DNA of 62,426 nucleotides, the filler included. It is 4 parts of 4 records of this genome, joined end to end, with 100 filler letters (N's around TTAATTAATTAA, not from the genome) between each part and the next. Parts side by side here need not be neighbours in the genome. Positions count along the whole stretch, not along the records: positions 1 to 28,649 come from SRR20825019_814; 3 more parts are not named here. One strand, written 5' to 3'. Shown here piece after piece: positions 12,002 through 24,835 of the stretch. Made by a program: the position numbers and the translations under genes. Within the stretch, counting starts at the first letter, position 1. Every line of letters starts with the position of its first letter. Under the pieces are notes generated by a model. It did not search any database. It had not been told where the DNA came from and worked only from the letters and a program-made list of their open reading frames with translations.

Positions 12002-13309
12002 ATGGCTCCCGGTCGTGTGCTTGTGTTTGTCGGCCTTGTGTGCCTGCTGGGACCAAGTCTCACCGCGGCTCAGGAGTACTTCAAGGTGATCAGCCTAAAC
12101 GCTGGGGAAAGCTCGTTGTATGGTTTTGGAGAAGACGGTGACTCCGAGTGGGAGTGCCCCTTTAGTAGTGGAGGAGTTGTGTACTATAGAACGTATTCGG
12201 CCAATAGTAAGCACCGCGTCCTTTCTTTGGCCAACCAATATTGACTCTGTATGTGGAGGTAATGCAGAATACCATGTGAAGGTGCTCTATAAGAAGAACT
12301 ATGACGACAGCGAAACTGAGACGCTGTATGACTCCAGCGCCACTGGTACTACCCAGTACAACCACCTGAATCCATATAGTGACAGTATGAGACCTCGTGT
12401 GCCACTAACTGATACCAGTCTAAGCTTCTTCCCGTGCAGACCATGGTGGCTGCTTCCAGATAGTGCTAACGGAAGTGGGGGGGAATACGGTCACCATCTA
12501 CGCAGAAACGGAACTATATGAGGATTTGCCTTGGATATTATTGGTTTTGTTCTACTGCTGCTGCTTTTGCTGTTTCTTCCCATGTGTAATGGCGCTCTTC
12601 GTTCTCACGGTGGCTGTGAGCATTCTCGCACTGGTTGTTTCCATTGCAGTAGGTGAGTTCAGCAACTGCACGCGGTCGTCCCAGCCTGGCTAACGCTGTG
12701 TAGTGCTTTTGGCCATATTGTGCGCAATAGTCATCGTGTGTTCGCCCGTGCTGGTGGTAATTTGTCCTGCAATGTGCCTGTGTTACTGTGCCATGTCGCT
12801 GCTCCGTAGAAGGGTATGTTGGCCTTCTCCTCTGTTGAAGTGTAGCTCACACATATGATTTTCAGCGACGGAGTGCACCTCAAAATCCTGGACAGAGTGG
12901 CACCATTCAGCCTATGCCAGTCTACCATCAGGAGATCGCCAACGCACAGGGCCAACCCATGCGCCAAGTGCAGGCGCCTCCCATGTACGAGGTCTCCTAT
13001 CAGCAACCACCACTCCCAGTCCCCGCTTGGCAGCCGCAGGCTATCGTTCCTGACCCGGGTGCAAAGTTGGGCAAGGCTGACATGGTGGTTGCTCCGGTTC
13101 AAGCGTTCCCTACGGCACAAGTCATGGGTGAGTGCCAGGGTGATCAGACATCGGCCCCTCAAGGCCCCTCGTCCCAGCCAAAGGGTGGTCATGTAGTTGT
13201 GGAAGATGTTGATGATGATCACACTATTGTACCTCTGGGGGCATTCACCGGCACTGGGGCGGAGGAGCGTGCCGAGGATAATGACAAGAACTCGTTGTTG
13301 AAGCATTGA
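12002..13309 (+). CDS. Signal-peptide membrane protein with Cys-rich TM region and PPxY-bearing tail (paralog B); multi-exon
   Basis: Signal peptide MAPGRVLVFVGLVCLLGPSLTAA, a YGFG motif shared with paralog A, YCCCFCCFFPC in the TM, and a Pro/Gln-rich tail containing APPMY. Confidence 0.75.
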
Positions 13310-14005
13310 GAATGGGAGAACGACCAGAGAAAGTCTGGCTTGTAATGTATACTATGTGATATTTATATTTTAACACGTGAACTACAATGGAGTAAATGGA
13401 CGTGTTTCACCATGCTTGATGAGTGTACTACTAAAAGTACCAGCTAGGCTCTGCCCAGGCAAGTCCTCCAGTTCTTGGAATCAAGTGGCATGACACTGCA
13501 GGCATCAAAGAAGTCACACACCATGTTTTGGAACAGGCTGCTGGGGACCGCAGATCCGCAGATTGCAACCATGGTTTCTACCAAAAGCCGGCGCTGGGCG
13601 GCGCCGGCAGGGCCCTCCGGCCGGCACAGTCCGGCCCAGGCCTCGAGGCCCGGCGTGGACTGCCAAGTGAAGTATGCGGACCGCCCGGGGGCCGCGCACC
13701 GTCCGGGGCGCCCCGGCCCCCGGGGCACTGCGGCACCCTGCGCTGTCGACCAGAAATGCCGCCCCGTCCGGCCGCCGGCTGCGCGGCCGAGCTGACCAGT
13801 GACGGGGGCTCGCGGACCCGGCCAGTGCCCACACCGCCGGTGGAGTCACCGGGTCGCGGCTTTTCGAAAGCGAGTCAGCCGGATGGAGGCTCATAGACAC
13901 ACCACAACCACAACCACAACCCAATTCCACCACCTCCAGCCCGGAAAGGTATTCACCAACAAATAGGAGAACGCCAGGATTAATGCTGAATAGTGTATTG
14001 AATCA

Positions 14006-16983
14006 ATGCCCGAACAGAACCTCACGGCCATACATTGGTTTACCGCAGAAAATGCCGTCGAGATATCGTACTGCCGGCTAGAGGAGCTGACAGGGGGGCT
14101 TGGTCGTCACCTTGAGGGTAGCGACGGGGGACACGTTGCTCTTATTGGTGACAGTTGCGTCGAGACTGTTCTAGCGGTCCTGGCATGTATACGAGCTGCA
14201 AGACCGTTCTGTATTTTGACTCCGTCAACACCGGTGGGACGCGCCGTGCGCCTGCTCGACGACACCAAGGCCCAGGTTGTTGTTCTATGTGGTGTTGGGG
14301 ATAGTAAGTGGGCCAGGACAGGCCACAGTTGCCTATTGGGACGAAATGTTATTTCGCTTGACTGCAGTAGCTTCCTAGGTGGTCCTGGTGAGACACGGTC
14401 GTGGATATCTGGCGGGGACTATGCTGAAATCGAAGCAAGTTCTGGGCCGTCGCGGGACATTGAGGGGACACCGTTTGGTCTGGTGGAATGGGTTCGTGGG
14501 CGGGAGGCAGAACACATGTACTCCGCCTTCACGAGTGGAACAACCTCGCGCCCAAGGATGATACGAGTGCCAGTACGTGCCATGCTGGCCTTCTGTGATG
14601 GCTGGGAATGCCTTGTGAACTTACGTGGGCAATACCGGGCAGGGTCAGGCCCGGCCTCGCGTGTACTTGTGACGTCAGGGAGCACATGGGATCCGTTCCT
14701 TGTTGATGTCATATCAACCATTCGCGCCGGGGCCACTCTGTGCCTTCTGCCTCCGGACACCCTCTTGCACTCTGCTCAAAACGCCATTCCCCGCGTCTCT
14801 CCGACTCACATGTTAACATCTCCAGCCCTGCTCCGAATGGCGACGACATCCCAGGGCGGTGATGAATCGATTGGAGGGGGCTGGCTGGAGCAATGGCGAC
14901 AGTCGGGGGAAATGAGACTGGAATGCCTGTGTGTTGGAGGGGAGGCATGCCCAATATCGATTCTGGAGGCGTGGGAGGCTCCTGGTGTCCGCGTGCTTAA
15001 TGTGTTTGGAGTGACAGAATGCGTCGGCTATCAGCTGGCGTATCATGTAACGAGAAATGCTATTAGGGAGGTTAGCGCATCCGGACATCGAGTAATGAAC
15101 CGGATTGGCCAACCATTCGGCTCCAATGAGGCTTACGTCACAGAGGATGGATCCATTGAAACCACGAAGAAGGGGGAGCTGGTGATCGTGGGTGGGCAGG
15201 TTGCTGATGGATATGATGGAGGGGAGGGGGGGGGATATACATCCTGGAAGGGGGGCATGCGGGCCTATCGAACTGGTGATGTTGTGTGGCTTGATGAGGC
15301 GTGCGACTGCTATGTGTATGATGGGCGACTACGGGTGGGTGAGCAGGTAAAGATCAACAGCCAGCGAGTGGACCTCGCCGAGATTGATGCCACGATCGTG
15401 GAGTCGCCGCTAGTCTCAGCTGCGGCGGCGTCAACAACAGACCTGGGGTCCGGGAGTGATGGTAAGCGCAGCAATGTCTCTGCTATTGTGGTGGCTCGGG
15501 CGGATATCCTTGACAGCATAAGTGAAGTCCGTCGAAGCGAGGTGGAGGATCTTGTGGCAGACTGTGCGACGCTGAGGTGCGAGCATTTCCTCCAGCAATA
15601 CATGGTGCCACGATTAGTGGTTACGAGCAACAGTATTCCATTGACTACGGGAGGCAAGGTGGACAGGAGGGCCGTGTCCGTGTCTGCACAGCACATAGCC
15701 GAGGCAAGAGAAAGGAATTCCGGGCTGCGTCAACTGACAGACCTAGAGCAGGCAATTGCCAAAGTTTGGATGGAATTTTTGAAGTTGGACACCATAAAAC
15801 CACGGGATAACTTCTTCAGATGTGGCGGGGACTCCCTGGTATCACTGCGTACCGTGATGCGCCTGCGGACAGAGCTAACAGGAGAATGGTATCTTGGCCA
15901 TGATGCACGCGATGCAAAGGACGCGTTTGGGGCGGCCAATCTTATCGCCCGGCCTACCCTTGAGGAGTATGCTGCCTTTCTTAAGGAGAGCGTGCCAAAC
16001 CTTCCGTTCTCTAACGTGGTGGAGGAACCCAAAGGAGCGCTCCATATGACGTCACAGGGATCCTGCACGGAAGGCGCATTCCGCCGACCCGCCTCACTGG
16101 GTGAGGATGCCCTGCGGCGAGCCGCATTGTTGGGAGTTGCTGAGGCCGTAGGGGAGCTGCTGGGGCTGGGCGTCGATGTGGAGGGTGGCCTGTCGAGGAA
16201 GAAGCCCGGGACCACCCCTCTCCATCTAGCGGCCAAAGAGGGCCACTATGGCGCCGTTAAGTTACTCTTGGAGAATGGTGCCAAGCCGAACTTTGGAAAT
16301 GGCACGGGCGCCACGCCCTTGCATCTCTCGCTAACCAATCCAGCATTCGGTTGGAAAGTAGCAGAGTTGCTTGTATCTCACGGAGCAGCAACAGGAGCCC
16401 GCGACAAGCCAAGATTGACGGCCCTGCACTACGCTGCAAGAACGGGAAACTCCGAGGCTGTCGACGCCATTGCGAAGCTGAATCCCTCATTGATGGATAA
16501 GATTGACAAGTGGACCAGGTTCCCGCTCCACTGGGCTGTCTTGAACGGACACGTCGAGTGCGCTCGGGCACTATTTCGGAATGGTGCCAGTGTGCGCAAT
16601 AAGTTGGTACGCCCCGGTCTTCACAACAGACGCACCCACGCAATTCAGGTAGGGAGCACGTGCGTGCGTTCCTCGATCTCTGATCTTCTGACACCACGTT
16701 TCAGGAATCGCAACTTCATATCGCCGTGTCATTGGCGGGACATAATGACGCACTGGCCACTGAGATGACAGAATTACTTCTCGAGAATGGTGCGGATCCA
16801 CTGTCGTGCACAGACAGCGATGGCTTGTCCGTGATGGAGAGGCTACAAAAGGTATCGGGCGGAAATCCCCCTCCCGAACTGGTGCAGATGCTTGAGGATG
16901 CCGCAAAGCGCTCTCCGCACCTGACCAAGAAACGCCCTCTTGAGGACGGACCGTGCTACAAAAGGGATGATGCAATGGACTGA
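14006..16983 (+). CDS. NRPS-like protein: adenylation domain, carrier (PCP) domain and ankyrin repeats; intron 16649-16704
   Basis: A-domain motifs FTSGTTSRPR, TWDPF, GGEA, NVFGVTE, YRTGD, GR...QVKINSQRVD and PLTTGGKVDR. Phosphopantetheine motif DNFFRCGGDSL. Several TPLH/ALH-type ankyrin repeats. A 56-nt GT-AG intron joins a final ankyrin exon. Confidence 0.9.
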
Positions 16984-17123
16984 ATCCAAAGAGGCGGGAT
17001 TTATTTATTTTTAATGTGACGTGCGTACTGGTTTCCCTTTTGCCCTCGCGCCATAAATAAGACAACGTCATTTCGCTGAAGATCGCATGTTAATGGCGAA
17101 TGAACCAGGGTTTGATGAGGTAC

Positions 17124-19332
17124 TCACATCATTGAGAATGTCGCCGGTCGGGCGAGCAGTTTGGTCGTAGGCGAAGAATCGTGAGTGACATTGGCACTTG
17201 AAACCCTCCCTATGAATCCGATCCAGTTAGTACCCCGACAAGGCGCACAAACCAGCACAACATACTTGTTAATGTGAACAGAGAACACAGACTGATCGAA
17301 TCGATGATTGGGAATCCCCGCACCATTAGGAGCAATGCAATCCTTCACCTTCGCACATTCCACGGTTGGGAGTAGTACCTGACCAAAACATGGATTAGCT
17401 TCGACATAAGCGCGAGTCCACACCACCTTACCTTGTTGTATGCATCGCTTCCCTTCGCATATCCTTGAATGCCGCCGGCGCACATGAACTTGCCTTCGTA
17501 CATACCCTTGTTCACGCCAAGATAGTCCATCGTGCCTTGGAAGGTGAGCTCATTCACGGGACCGCAGCAATGCAGGTTCGTATGAATACCCTCCTGGTGA
17601 ACGTAGAAGTGACCATAGGTGTCAATTAAATGCCTGATCTCATCAATCGGCTGTCGGAACTACCATCACGCATTAGCCTACGCTGAAAACATCGCCGCCA
17701 CAAACTTACCTCCACGGAAGGATCCGAGTAGAATATCTTGGGGTAGATATCCAACATATCCTTCATTACTATGGGCTTCCAGGCGTAGGTATGCAAATCT
17801 TTCACGTGAGGATCATATTTGCTGAAGTCGAAAGGAATAAGATCCTCCACCTGGCGCCACGACTTGATCTGGTTTCTTTGACTGTCATTCAGTCCGAGAT
17901 CGGTCACCACTATCTTCAACTGTAATCGCACAAATATGAGAACAAACAGCAAGGGCATAGACACCGAATGTGCAGCTCACATTAGGCTCCCAATGCTGCA
18001 CAGAGGCAACAAAATTCTTCAAACGGTCAAAGAATGGCTCGTTCGCAGACGTCGCAATAACGAGCTCATTTGAGGCGGTCTTCTGCGGCTTGACGTAAGT
18101 GGGCACGCCGCTAGGCACAGCTTTGGTGAAGTCTTCACAGTGCGCATTAGCTTCGCGAATGGTCATAACCAACAATGCGAGCACTCACCCACAAGATGGA
18201 CCATAATCCTGGTTGTGCAATCCTTCTCATCCTTCCCCGTTACAAACCGGGGGTCATCCAGTCCCACGACTCCCTTGGCCTTGTTAGTAAGAAGCATCTC
18301 GCTTATTGTGAAAGTGCACTCGGGAGATGTGGGCGTCCCGGTCGGAGAGATCTGGAGCTCGCCATTGTCCGCGGCACAGAGGAGGCCAGTCTCGGATACT
18401 GCAGAAAAACTCACCTCTTCATCCTGTCCAACAATCAGAACCGACATGAACCAGTTTATATAACCACGCACCTTTGATGCTGACATCATATAGTGATTCT
18501 GCTCATCATCGAGCTCGGGGCGGCTGCTCAGTGCTACAGGACCCTTGCCCTCCACCCTTGCAAACCGGCCCGTGGTCATTGACCTGATCACTACAAGTAC
18601 GCCGCTCCCTGCTGGCGGCACGGTTGCGGGAACGGGCGTGGGCGCAACAACAGGAGTCGTGGCAACAGGTGCTGAAGTCGTGGCGGCGGGCGTTGTCGTG
18701 GTGGGGACAGATCCGACATCTGATACCACCGGAGTAGACCCCGCTACTGCAGGAACATCACTGGGCATCGCATGGGCGTCACCATAGGGCTTCTCTCCAC
18801 GTAGCTTGTCGGACATAGTTTCCAAGCGAGCAACGGCTTTGTATGCCTCCGATATCAACGCAGTGTCCTTCCTATTCTCAGCCTCGCGTCTAGAAACAAA
18901 TACATGAGAATATGATAAATCGTTGAGTTCACTGTTGAACAAACATTAACAAGAGCACCATTCTCTTGAGCTGGTGAGCTGACAGCTGGTGGCAGGTGCC
19001 CCCCTGCTGAATACGAGTGAGACACTCCTTGATGTCGGGTTCGGTGTCAACACGGCTCTGTCACAAAGTTAGTCGCAACTGGGTGGGCATACATGAAGCC
19101 AACATACCGAAGACAGGTGAAAGAGAACCGCGACGATGCAAAGAACAATAACAACGGCGAAGGTCCCGAATGTGAGCTTGATCGTGTCCGGAGATGGCGC
19201 CTCGCTTTGGCCCTTCCTTCCAATCTAGAATTATGTCAGAAAATCAGCTTTTCAGCTGGTGCCGATCTTGCTACCTTTGGTCTGTGCCGAGCAGCCCCGG
19301 ACATCATAACGCCGAACAAGCGGGAAACTCAT
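17124..19332 (-). CDS. Type II membrane protein with Thr/Pro/Ala stem, beta-trefoil-like segment and DUF1647-like (putative glycosyltransferase) domain; multi-exon
   Basis: N-terminal TM FAVVIVLCIVAVLF and mucin-like stem PTTTTPAATTSAP. The C-terminal part has IATSANEPFF, TDLGL, FDFSKYDPHV..YAWKP, C..P.G..NHRFDQSVFS, which resemble DUF1647. Confidence 0.65.
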
Positions 19333-19419
19333 TCCTTTTTCATTTTCAACTCTACATATTATGCCGTGAATCACACTTGGCTCACTGTGCCGGGAGCCCT
19401 GTGTCGAAGCAACGAAAGG

Positions 19420-20065
19420 CTGACCGCCCGGGGGCCGGTCAAGATCAACCACCGTGCCCCTCGGGGTCACTCGGCCAGTCCACGCCCCCCCGGCGGTCCA
19501 GCGAACTCCCGCGGCCCACGGGGCGAGCCGGCCGCGCATTGGGGCGGCGGCCTGAACGCCCCCGGGCGCGCGGCGGCGCCCGGCGAGTACCGCACCGGGC
19601 CGCCGGCGGCCGCGTGCCAACCGCCGATCGGGGGCCGGAGTCCAAAAAAAGACTCCAGACTGGTTAGCCTGATGAGACGTCGAGTGGCTCCAACTCATGC
19701 TAACCAACTGGGGCTTACTACTGAAGTTGGCTGGCTCGGCCGGCCACCCGCTCAGCAGGCGCAACCCACTGACGGGCCGCGGGGGCAAACCGGCGCCGGG
19801 CGGGGCCGCGGGCATGGTGGGTACAATGGGTGGTGTCTCGGAATGACCATCGAACCACGGGAAACTGAAACGAAGGCTGGGCCGGCATCTGATCGGCTTG
19901 ATCGGCCCGCTGCCGGGGCGGGCCGGGCGCACGGCCTCAGTGGACCGCAGGGCGGGCTGCCGCCGCCGGCGGGCACACCGCCCCGGGGCCGTCCGGGTGC
20001 GCTCAGGCTCCCGTGCCTGGCACTGCGGGTCGTGGCCGCGGCACGCGGCCAGGGCACGGCATCCA
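19420..20065. promoter_or_regulatory. GC island between divergent genes
   Basis: Very GC-rich non-coding block between the DUF1647-like gene and the ferredoxin gene. Confidence 0.5.
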
Positions 20066-20164
20066 TGACGGTTGTTGTTGTTTTTCATCACACGTAGCTT
20101 CTCAGCGAGGGCTGTCCAGCTCAAATATATTTCTGTTCGTGCGCTAGGGTTAATATCCTTAACA

Positions 20165-20705
<541 letters not shown>

Positions 20706-20741
20706 AGTCCAGCGGTACAGTTAACAAAGTTTACTAGTTCT

Positions 20742-21573
20742 CTACGGGATGTAGAATGGCTGGGAAGGGGTAACAAATGAGCCAATCTGATAGGTAATGG
20801 ACAAACAAACCCACCTGAGCGTTAGGAGCAGCCACATTGATACCATCCATATCCTTTGTCAAAACAAGCTGGCAAGCCAAACGGGAGCTGTCGCAGCGTC
20901 AGAATCCCCATCTTTTTACCGAGTATCCAGCCTCACCTTCCAGAAACGTCTTCGGCGGGCTCAAGGAGAGCCTTTTCCGTTTCGCTGGGCTCAATGAACT
21001 GACTGTAGAACTCGTTCGAAACAACAACGTGGCACTCGTTGCAGCTCAGTTTACCACCACACGTGCCTACAACGACGCTCAGTACAATGCTCTCAACTTT
21101 CCGCGACGACGACCCACCGTCGAAACCCATTTTGTGCTCCCTTGCAACGTCAAGAAGACTCTGCCCAACACGTCCCGGAACACGATACTGTGTTCCATCC
21201 AAACCGGTGAACGTGACCGCAACGCTAAATCACGAAATTAGATGTTTCGCGCGACAGCAGACCACAAACACCCAATCATACGTATGTTCATCAACTGTAG
21301 GCGCACCCTCGGTCATATCAAACTGAGGAGTTCCCTGCGACATCAAACCCTTTTCGTGAGCCTCGAGGTGCTCCTGGATGGTTAGCTCTAGAGCACAAAG
21401 TCAACATGGTGCCGCGGCAATGCTGTAGTCATCTTACCCTCAGGAAGATCAACGCTCTTCTCTTGACGGATGAGATGGAGGCTACGGCAGCTGGTGGAGG
21501 CAACCACGGCCTTACTCTGCGACGCGCTCAGAAGGCGCGAACAGCCAAACAATCGACTACCTGCGGAAAGCAT
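20742..21573 (-). CDS. Second, divergent adrenodoxin-type 2Fe-2S ferredoxin with mitochondrial presequence; multi-exon
   Basis: Presequence MLSAGSRLFGCSRLL; TCGGKLSCNECHVVV and SRLACQL supply the four Cys ligands; last exon IGSFVTPSQPFYIP*. Confidence 0.85.
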
Positions 21574-21719
21574 TACAGACTTCACGCTGTCTAGATAGCA
21601 GATAGGCACATATATCTACTTGTTTTGACGACCGTCGCCCCAAAAGCTCTGGTCGGGCGTATACCAATGGACGGCAGGGTAGCGTTTCGCTTGTAGCGTT
21701 CGTGACGTTCACCTATTCT

Positions 21720-22510
21720 CAGCGCCCACGAGTCCGGCCCCGGCTCGACGGCTCCGTGGCCGTGTTCTGCAAACGCTGGCCGGCCGGTGCCTGCGGCGAG
21801 ACGCCGGCGCCAGGCGCAGCCGGCCGCGGGGGCGGCTCCGGCGCGTGGCCCGCCGGGCGGCGCTGCGGTTCCCCCGGCCGCGGCTCCCGGCCGACCTCCA
21901 GGGTGGCCCCCGGAGCCGCCCGGCGCGGCCGCGGTGCGACGGGCCGCCGCGAGGCCGGGCTGGGCCGGCGGCCGCGGCCCGCGGCGCGGCGCCCCCGCTG
22001 GCCACGCCCCGCCGGCCCCGCCGCGCCGCGGCCCGGGCCGGGCCGCACCGCCGGTGGCAGCGCCCCAACGCCAGTGTGGTGTGCACCGACCATCGTTACA
22101 TTCAGATTCTCATTGTTGCAAGTCTGCTGAAACCCGAGCAACGGAAATTGTTTTCAACAAAATATGAGACTCTATTTAACTTGGAGTCTCGCGTTCAGGG
22201 AAAGACCTCGGGCCGGAGGACGGGCGGCAAAGGCTCGCGAATGTTCCGACCGGACCGGGCGGGACCCGCGGGGACCACGTGGTGCACTTGACTGCCGTCA
22301 TCCTCACTGGAAGCGTGGCACGATGCGCAGCGAGTCACCGTCGGCCGCGGCACTGCGGCTGATCCCGCGCGCCGGTGACAGTCTGATGCCGAGCCGGGAC
22401 GTCCGCGCGACGTGGCGTACTACGGCTGGTGAGTGGCGGCTCTGTGATCAGTGACTGGCTAGCGGCCGCCGGGGGACGCCCGGCCCGGTCAGGCAGGAGG
22501 CAGCGCCACT
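21720..22510. promoter_or_regulatory. GC islands between divergent genes
   Basis: Positions 21961-22020 contain 57 G/C in 60 nt; the block lies between the second ferredoxin and Sec14 starts. Confidence 0.5.
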
Positions 22511-22734
22511 CTGGGTTGGGGCTTCTCTTCAGAGGTAAGCCAGCCCCGAATCCCGGACGCGGCTTGGCCATCACTGAGCAATCGACTTCGTGCTTCTGAG
22601 TTTTGTGACCATGTTCTACCGTTTTCACAGGTTAGCTACCCTTGAACCACTTTGTCGCCCGCACCCACTGCAACGTCACAACGATAACGTATACATAGCG
22701 CTCCAGCGGTGTACACAAATACTTTGTAGGAATA

Positions 22735-23661
22735 ATGTCAGGATATATCAACGACTTATCAGTCGAACAAGGGGCTGCTCTTGAGGAGATCAAGAGCAGG
22801 CTTCCTGATATGTTGCGTAGTGAGTTACAGGACCCCCAAGGCCATGGGTCCGTTATGTGGAATGTCGATTTGAAGCAGGTATCGTAGCAACGCACTTTGA
22901 AACGCACTTTGCTCAGTTTTGTCCAGGACTCGCGGAAGAGAGACGTGGTATTGCTGAAATTTTTGCGCGCACGCGACTTCAATCTAAGGGACACGGATAA
23001 GATGCTTCGGGATTGTTTGAGATGGAGGGAGAAAATGAATATTCCGCAGTTGCTTCAGGAAGAGTTTCCTCCTGAGTTCACCTCCTTGGCATACTATGAC
23101 GGTTTTGACAAGCGTGGGAACCCCATTCTGTGCAACTTCTATGGCACTAGCCAGCCATCAAAAATCTTTAAGGGGGGTGTTGATAGGTTCATTAGGTGGC
23201 GCGTGCAGGTGTGTCGATTCGTGTCGATATGGCGACTAGTTTCTATAGCTAATTCTTGGGCAGGTAATGGAGGAGGGAATTCAGAAGTATCTGGACATGG
23301 AGAATACGGAGTGCATGACAATGATTCATGACTACAAGAAGGTGGGCCTTAGTAACTTCACCATGGATACCAAGAATGCGAGCAAAAAGACCATCAAGCT
23401 CATGCAGGATAACTACCCGTAAGTCGCGCAACTCGCTGGCAATGAACTGACACCTAATACCTCCTTTCCCTCAGAGAGTTCCTTGCAGCAAAGTTTTTCA
23501 TCAACATTCCTACCTTCTTTGTTACCGTGTATGAAATGATCACTCTCTTCGTTAACGCACGAACGAAAGCAAAATTCGTTGTGTGCGACTCGAAGAACTA
23601 CTACAGGAAAATGACTCAAGTCATCGATCCGGACCAGCTTCCGCAGCGATACAGGAAGTAA
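22735..23661 (+). CDS. Sec14/CRAL-TRIO lipid-transfer protein (patellin/Sfh5-like); alternative start at 22611
   Basis: GYINDLSVEQ, DVVLLKFLRARDF, G.DKRGNP..N.YG, MQDNYPEFL..KFFINIP and DQLP.RY motifs across four short-intron-separated exons. Confidence 0.9.
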
Positions 23662-23725
23662 AAATTTCCATGACCTTTCTCCCACAGGTGTGCAAAATCA
23701 ATCTCAACAGAACCAACCCTTTACA

Positions 23726-24014
23726 TTACAACTCGTCGTGAACCTTCTTTTGGTCGAACGCTCCTGTCCGGCTTTGGCTTCCAGGCATTTCCCAAACATA
23801 CACAAGGATCACTGCAACAACGACCATTCCCACTGACTTCATCTGAAATTATCATTAATCATAACCTTTGGATACGAACACCCGGCAAAAACAAACATAC
23901 CACGGCATCGCCGAGAGCAGACTGCCACGACACCCCTTTCTCCCTCGTGGCAACTTGCATTGCCCAGGTGGCCATCACGACCAACGCGCCAAGCACAATA
24001 ACAACTAGTTCCAT
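23726..24014 (-). CDS. 76-aa two-TM protein ending in HDEL (absent from ORF track); intron 23843-23900
   Basis: Exon 1 (23901-24014) and exon 2 (23726-23842) joined by a 58-nt GTATGT..TTCAG intron give MELVVIVLGALVVMATWAMQVATREKGVSWQSALGDAVMKSVGMVVVAVILVYVWEMPGSQSRTGAFDQKKVHDEL*. A GC island lies directly upstream. Confidence 0.75.
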
Positions 24015-24835
24015 ACTTTTGATCTAAGATAGACCTCACTACACCAACCATATTTTTACACAACTGACTAGAACGCCCAAGCCCTTTTGGTCTGAACTCC
24101 AACGACCAGATAGCGCTAGGGAAGGAAGGCCGCGGGCTCAACCTCCGGCAACAATCCGAGCCCTACTATGGTCGGGCGTGCCGGGCTAGTCCACGACGAC
24201 AGCGGCTCGCAGACGCCGGGCCGCCGCCAACGAACCGTCGGGGCCGGCAGCCGTGGGTCCGGGCTGCGGTGCCACGTCCGGCGCGGCCCGGGCCTGACTC
24301 CCGAGCGCAACCACCGGTCGGCCTGTCGGTCAACCGGGCGGCCCGCGCGCCGGCGGCCCGGGCCGGCCGGCCCGAACCATGGACCTGCGGCACCGGCCCC
24401 CGGCGTCCGGGCCCGGGCCGGCCGGCGGGTCAGGGGCCGGCCGGGCGGCGGTCGCCGGGCCGGCCCGGCGGGCGGCGCCTCGCTCGCCAGCGGCACGCCA
24501 CCACCGGGCCGGCCGGCTGTCCGAAGTTGCCTACCGCCTACCGTTAACCGTCAGTAACTTTCGTTGATACTCCAGAAATCAATTGATAATAAATACGTCT
24601 AATCATATTGGTTTATATCTGGTGGGTGTTGGCACTACCATTGACGTGGGTTTTGTATCGAGGCGGCTCATCGCTGGCTCCGCATAACCATGCTGATAGT
24701 GTCTAACTTCACGACCCTCCATGACGACCACTCATGACAGGACAGTTACAAATGGCCCGCCGACCCACCACACACCGGCGTTGCCAGAGACAACATGAAG
24801 CAATTAATTACTGACATGTAAAGGTAACTATCAGT

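Noticed and set aside
13901-13921. (CCACAA)x3 as a telomere-like repeat
   Set aside because: Three internal copies only; an ordinary short tandem repeat.
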